From positions 58,454 through 122,453 of the forward strand of contig WGLV01000050.1 in NCBI GenBank assembly GCA_016125385.1: a stretch of 64,000 bases of DNA. Reading direction: 5' to 3'. The stretch is from a bacterium. Its GTDB lineage: Bacteria; Hinthialibacterota; Hinthialibacteria; Hinthialibacterales; Hinthialibacteraceae. Position numbers and translations under genes: made by a program. Every line of letters starts with the position of its first letter. Position 1 is the first letter of the stretch. The notes below the pieces were generated by a model. It was given only the letters and a program-made list of their open reading frames with translations, made no database searches and was not told the DNA's origin. Of this stretch, positions 62,801-64,000 are shown in pieces.

Positions 62801-64000
62801 CATCGATATCATCAATGGCGCCCTGTCCATCGTCGACGCTGGCGCCGTGGTTGCCGTCCGCGGAATCGTTATAACGCGGCGGGCTTCCGCTCACGTTGTT
62901 ACGAGCGATTTCGACGCCGTTCAGATAGGCGACGTATGAATCGTCAAAATCGATGGCGAAGAGCAACTGGGTGATGCCCTTCAAACTCGTCAGCGTAAAG
63001 GCGCGGCGCATGTACACGCTCAGGAAATTGCCCTGCATGTCGGAAAGGACGGTTGCGTCGTCACCATCGCCGTAGCCAATGCCGGACGGGCCCTGTTCCC
63101 AAGCGGTATCGCTGAAGTCGACGGAATTCCAATCGCTGGGCGGCTCTTCCGTTCCTTTGAAATACCGCCAGGTATCGCCCTGATTCACCACAATGCTGAA
63201 ATCCGTGTCCTGTTGCTGTGAAGTCGCCGTCGGAGTAACAGGCGTATGTCCCAGATCGGTAATGCGAGGGGGGGTGTTGGAAACAATGTGACTATTCTGG
63301 ACGCCCGGGCTCATGGGCTCACCGCTCGCCCAGTTTTGAGCGATGGCGTTATCGCCGAATGGCGCCGTCAGTTCCAGCGAAACGCCCTCCCCGTCAGGGC
63401 GTGCGGGCCAGGGGTATTCGTCGCCATAATCAACATAGTCGATCACGACGCCCGCCCGGTTCGTCAGTGCGATGGCCTCGCCGCCGTTATCGAGCGCAAG
63501 GAAAAAGTCTCCGGTTTTGTTGGAAACGCTGGGATAGCGCGAACGATCTTTACAAACCAGCAGATAACCGCCGCCGGAAATCACCGTGCCGGGGGAAAAG
63601 GTATACTCCACTCCCGTCGTGAACGACCAGCCGGAAACATCGACTGTGGCCGTCCCGCGATTGTGCAGCTCGATAAACTCCAGATTCAGGCCGCCATATT
63701 CTTCATCAGGCGGATGGTAAAAAATTTCATTGATCACGATGTTGAAATCGTAATAATTGGCATCCGTGATGGCGCGGGCGTTGACCTTACCGGGAGTTCC
63801 ACCGTTCGGTGAAACCGCCCAGTTGTTCGATTCTTCGCTGGGCCGGTTCGACTGCAACAATTCCAGCGAGCCGCCTTCGCCGTCGGCGCCGCGCGGCCAC
63901 TGGTTGTTATCGTTATACGAAACCGATGAAATCAGGCGGTCGTTTGGATCGAATAGCCGAACGCTGTCTCCGTTGTCTCCCAGGCCGAACGGCAAACCGG
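59844..64000 (-). CDS. Large multidomain protein: lamin-tail domains, choice-of-anchor-X-like segment, CotH kinase, FN3-like, LamG-like; C-terminus VTEWSLY (5' end beyond window)
   Basis: IVINEIFYHP...EFIELHN...DVSGW (lamin tail); MFDDGTHGD...GDGRY; RFRG...KKSWKIQF, NGEYHGLYLEIEQ (CotH); GAIDEVRL (LamG). The frame stays open to the window end. Confidence 0.9.
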   Translation of the reverse strand, partial: GLPFGLGDNGDSVRLFDPNDRLISSVSYNDNNQWPRGADGEGGSLELLQSNRPSEESNNWAVSPNGGTPGKVNARAITDANYYDFNIVINEIFYHPPDEEYGGLNLEFIELHNRGTATVDVSGWSFTTGVEYTFSPGTVISGGGYLLVCKDRSRYPSVSNKTGDFFLALDNGGEAIALTNRAGVVIDYVDYGDEYPWPARPDGEGVSLELTAPFGDNAIAQNWASGEPMSPGVQNSHIVSNTPPRITDLGHTPVTPTATSQQQDTDFSIVVNQGDTWRYFKGTEEPPSDWNSVDFSDTAWEQGPSGIGYGDGDDATVLSDMQGNFLSVYMRRAFTLTSLKGITQLLFAIDFDDSYVAYLNGVEIARNNVSGSPPRYNDSADGNHGASVDDGQGAIDDIDVSAFIENLRVGRNVLAVQGHNVDLGSSDFTLIPLMGIARTQTSGEEDEDSIVISTQVRDEDGVTDVLLNYQRLSVSSGQGLFLDDWKTAPMFDDGTHGDLVPGDGRYAVVLNELETIQPDEIWRYYISARDGKGAWASRPIQDDLTRDRLIYVKNGSESDGGYPTVRLFMEQSKLAFLTRNPDTNDEQPCILVVDGEAIDLYNGGGVRFRGEGSGDLKKSWKIQFPRGDRLHGKRVVNLNANNHTTPLLDGESGFLEHLAYGIFNKVGLPAPETRHVRLMLNGEYHGLYLEIEQPNEDFLENHNLPDDTQVYRAGVGSRRATLAVESDPAVYSKIYENEIGKENDVQTLVDFIEAMNSATDPKAFFERNFNVEQYINYLAAVALTTQYDSIEKNYLPVRTADGRWSIYPNDAQDTWGLTITGMNFPLNSEISVLDGSDVGSFYGINALRKKFLSVPEYRQRYYDRLLELTDTLFTPEALNPVVDAYWSYLQNALLENQQRWNAQGQLSQMASQVKAYISARRDFIRSNTDIRPADRPAQPVNTSPANGTAVTQRALTLQVNTPGQGSVTEAQWRIQLDGQSFESPVWTTSVSSGASTQVQVPATALGAGSTYQWNMRWKLSNGTAWSDWSSPTRFTVNTGLAAPDVVNARVSNLDGAAILEWDPIASSDVIRVDVYNSQNVLVESTPRGDHRVRINQLINGITYRFTIRTVTADRKQSAGVSVTAAPTAPPAYGSTIAYFRFENNLNDEAGRFFTGKLLGAAAAMTPGAENPVPLTGAPNNAALDLSGHNGDGFQFGGTEPALDARRELTMECYAKILNSEGPAILLDRYDELNAANDGVWRFGVGLTQPGALEFFFNDGDRNDDYTGRLHVSSAAGAVPDDGAFHHYAAVLDLNAAGVLNRVRLYIDGVRKEVRLIHAGDGANFDELRVDSDLPVLVGARRLAGVGTADVVEGAIDEVRLTLKALQSDQFLHPVQPGVTEWSLY

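Noticed and set aside
1-64000. CRISPR arrays, rRNA, IS elements, prophage genes
   Set aside because: No regularly spaced direct repeats, rRNA-like segments, or transposase/phage motifs seen.

Overview
GC-rich bacterial chromosome segment. The pilin-like paralogues and the W-x-L-Y protein C-termini suggest a Sumerlaeota/OLB16 (Hinthialibacter)-like lineage, but that is inference only. Left end (1-9793): the start of a PKS(-NRPS) cluster. A large minus-strand PKS, missed by the ORF track because it runs off the window, begins with an AprA/CurA-type adaptor-methyltransferase-GNAT-ACP loading module followed by a KS. It is preceded by MbtH and an orphan lipoprotein, and faces a divergent cassette of DUF697, a small membrane protein, a cyclic-peptide ABC exporter and an SPFH protein. 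Middle and right: housekeeping genes (pyrD, gyrA, yajC, argH, dinB, apt, a sigma-70 factor, tRNA-Gln, tRNA-Arg) mixed with many carbohydrate-active genes (GH43, GH97, three BNR/sialidase-fold proteins, two fucose-isomerase-like proteins, DUF1080, DUF5010, DUF6807). A sialic-acid locus contains a triple-repeat secreted protein and a prepilin-like gene. Three prepilin-like paralogues with near-identical N-termini each sit beside carbohydrate genes, and two unrelated exported-type proteins end in V-x-E-W-x-L-Y. Also seen: a probable ATT start for dinB, a decayed PIN toxin after tRNA-Gln, and sigma-54-like promoters. No CRISPR array, rRNA, transposase or integrase was seen. All annotations come from motif reading, not database searches.
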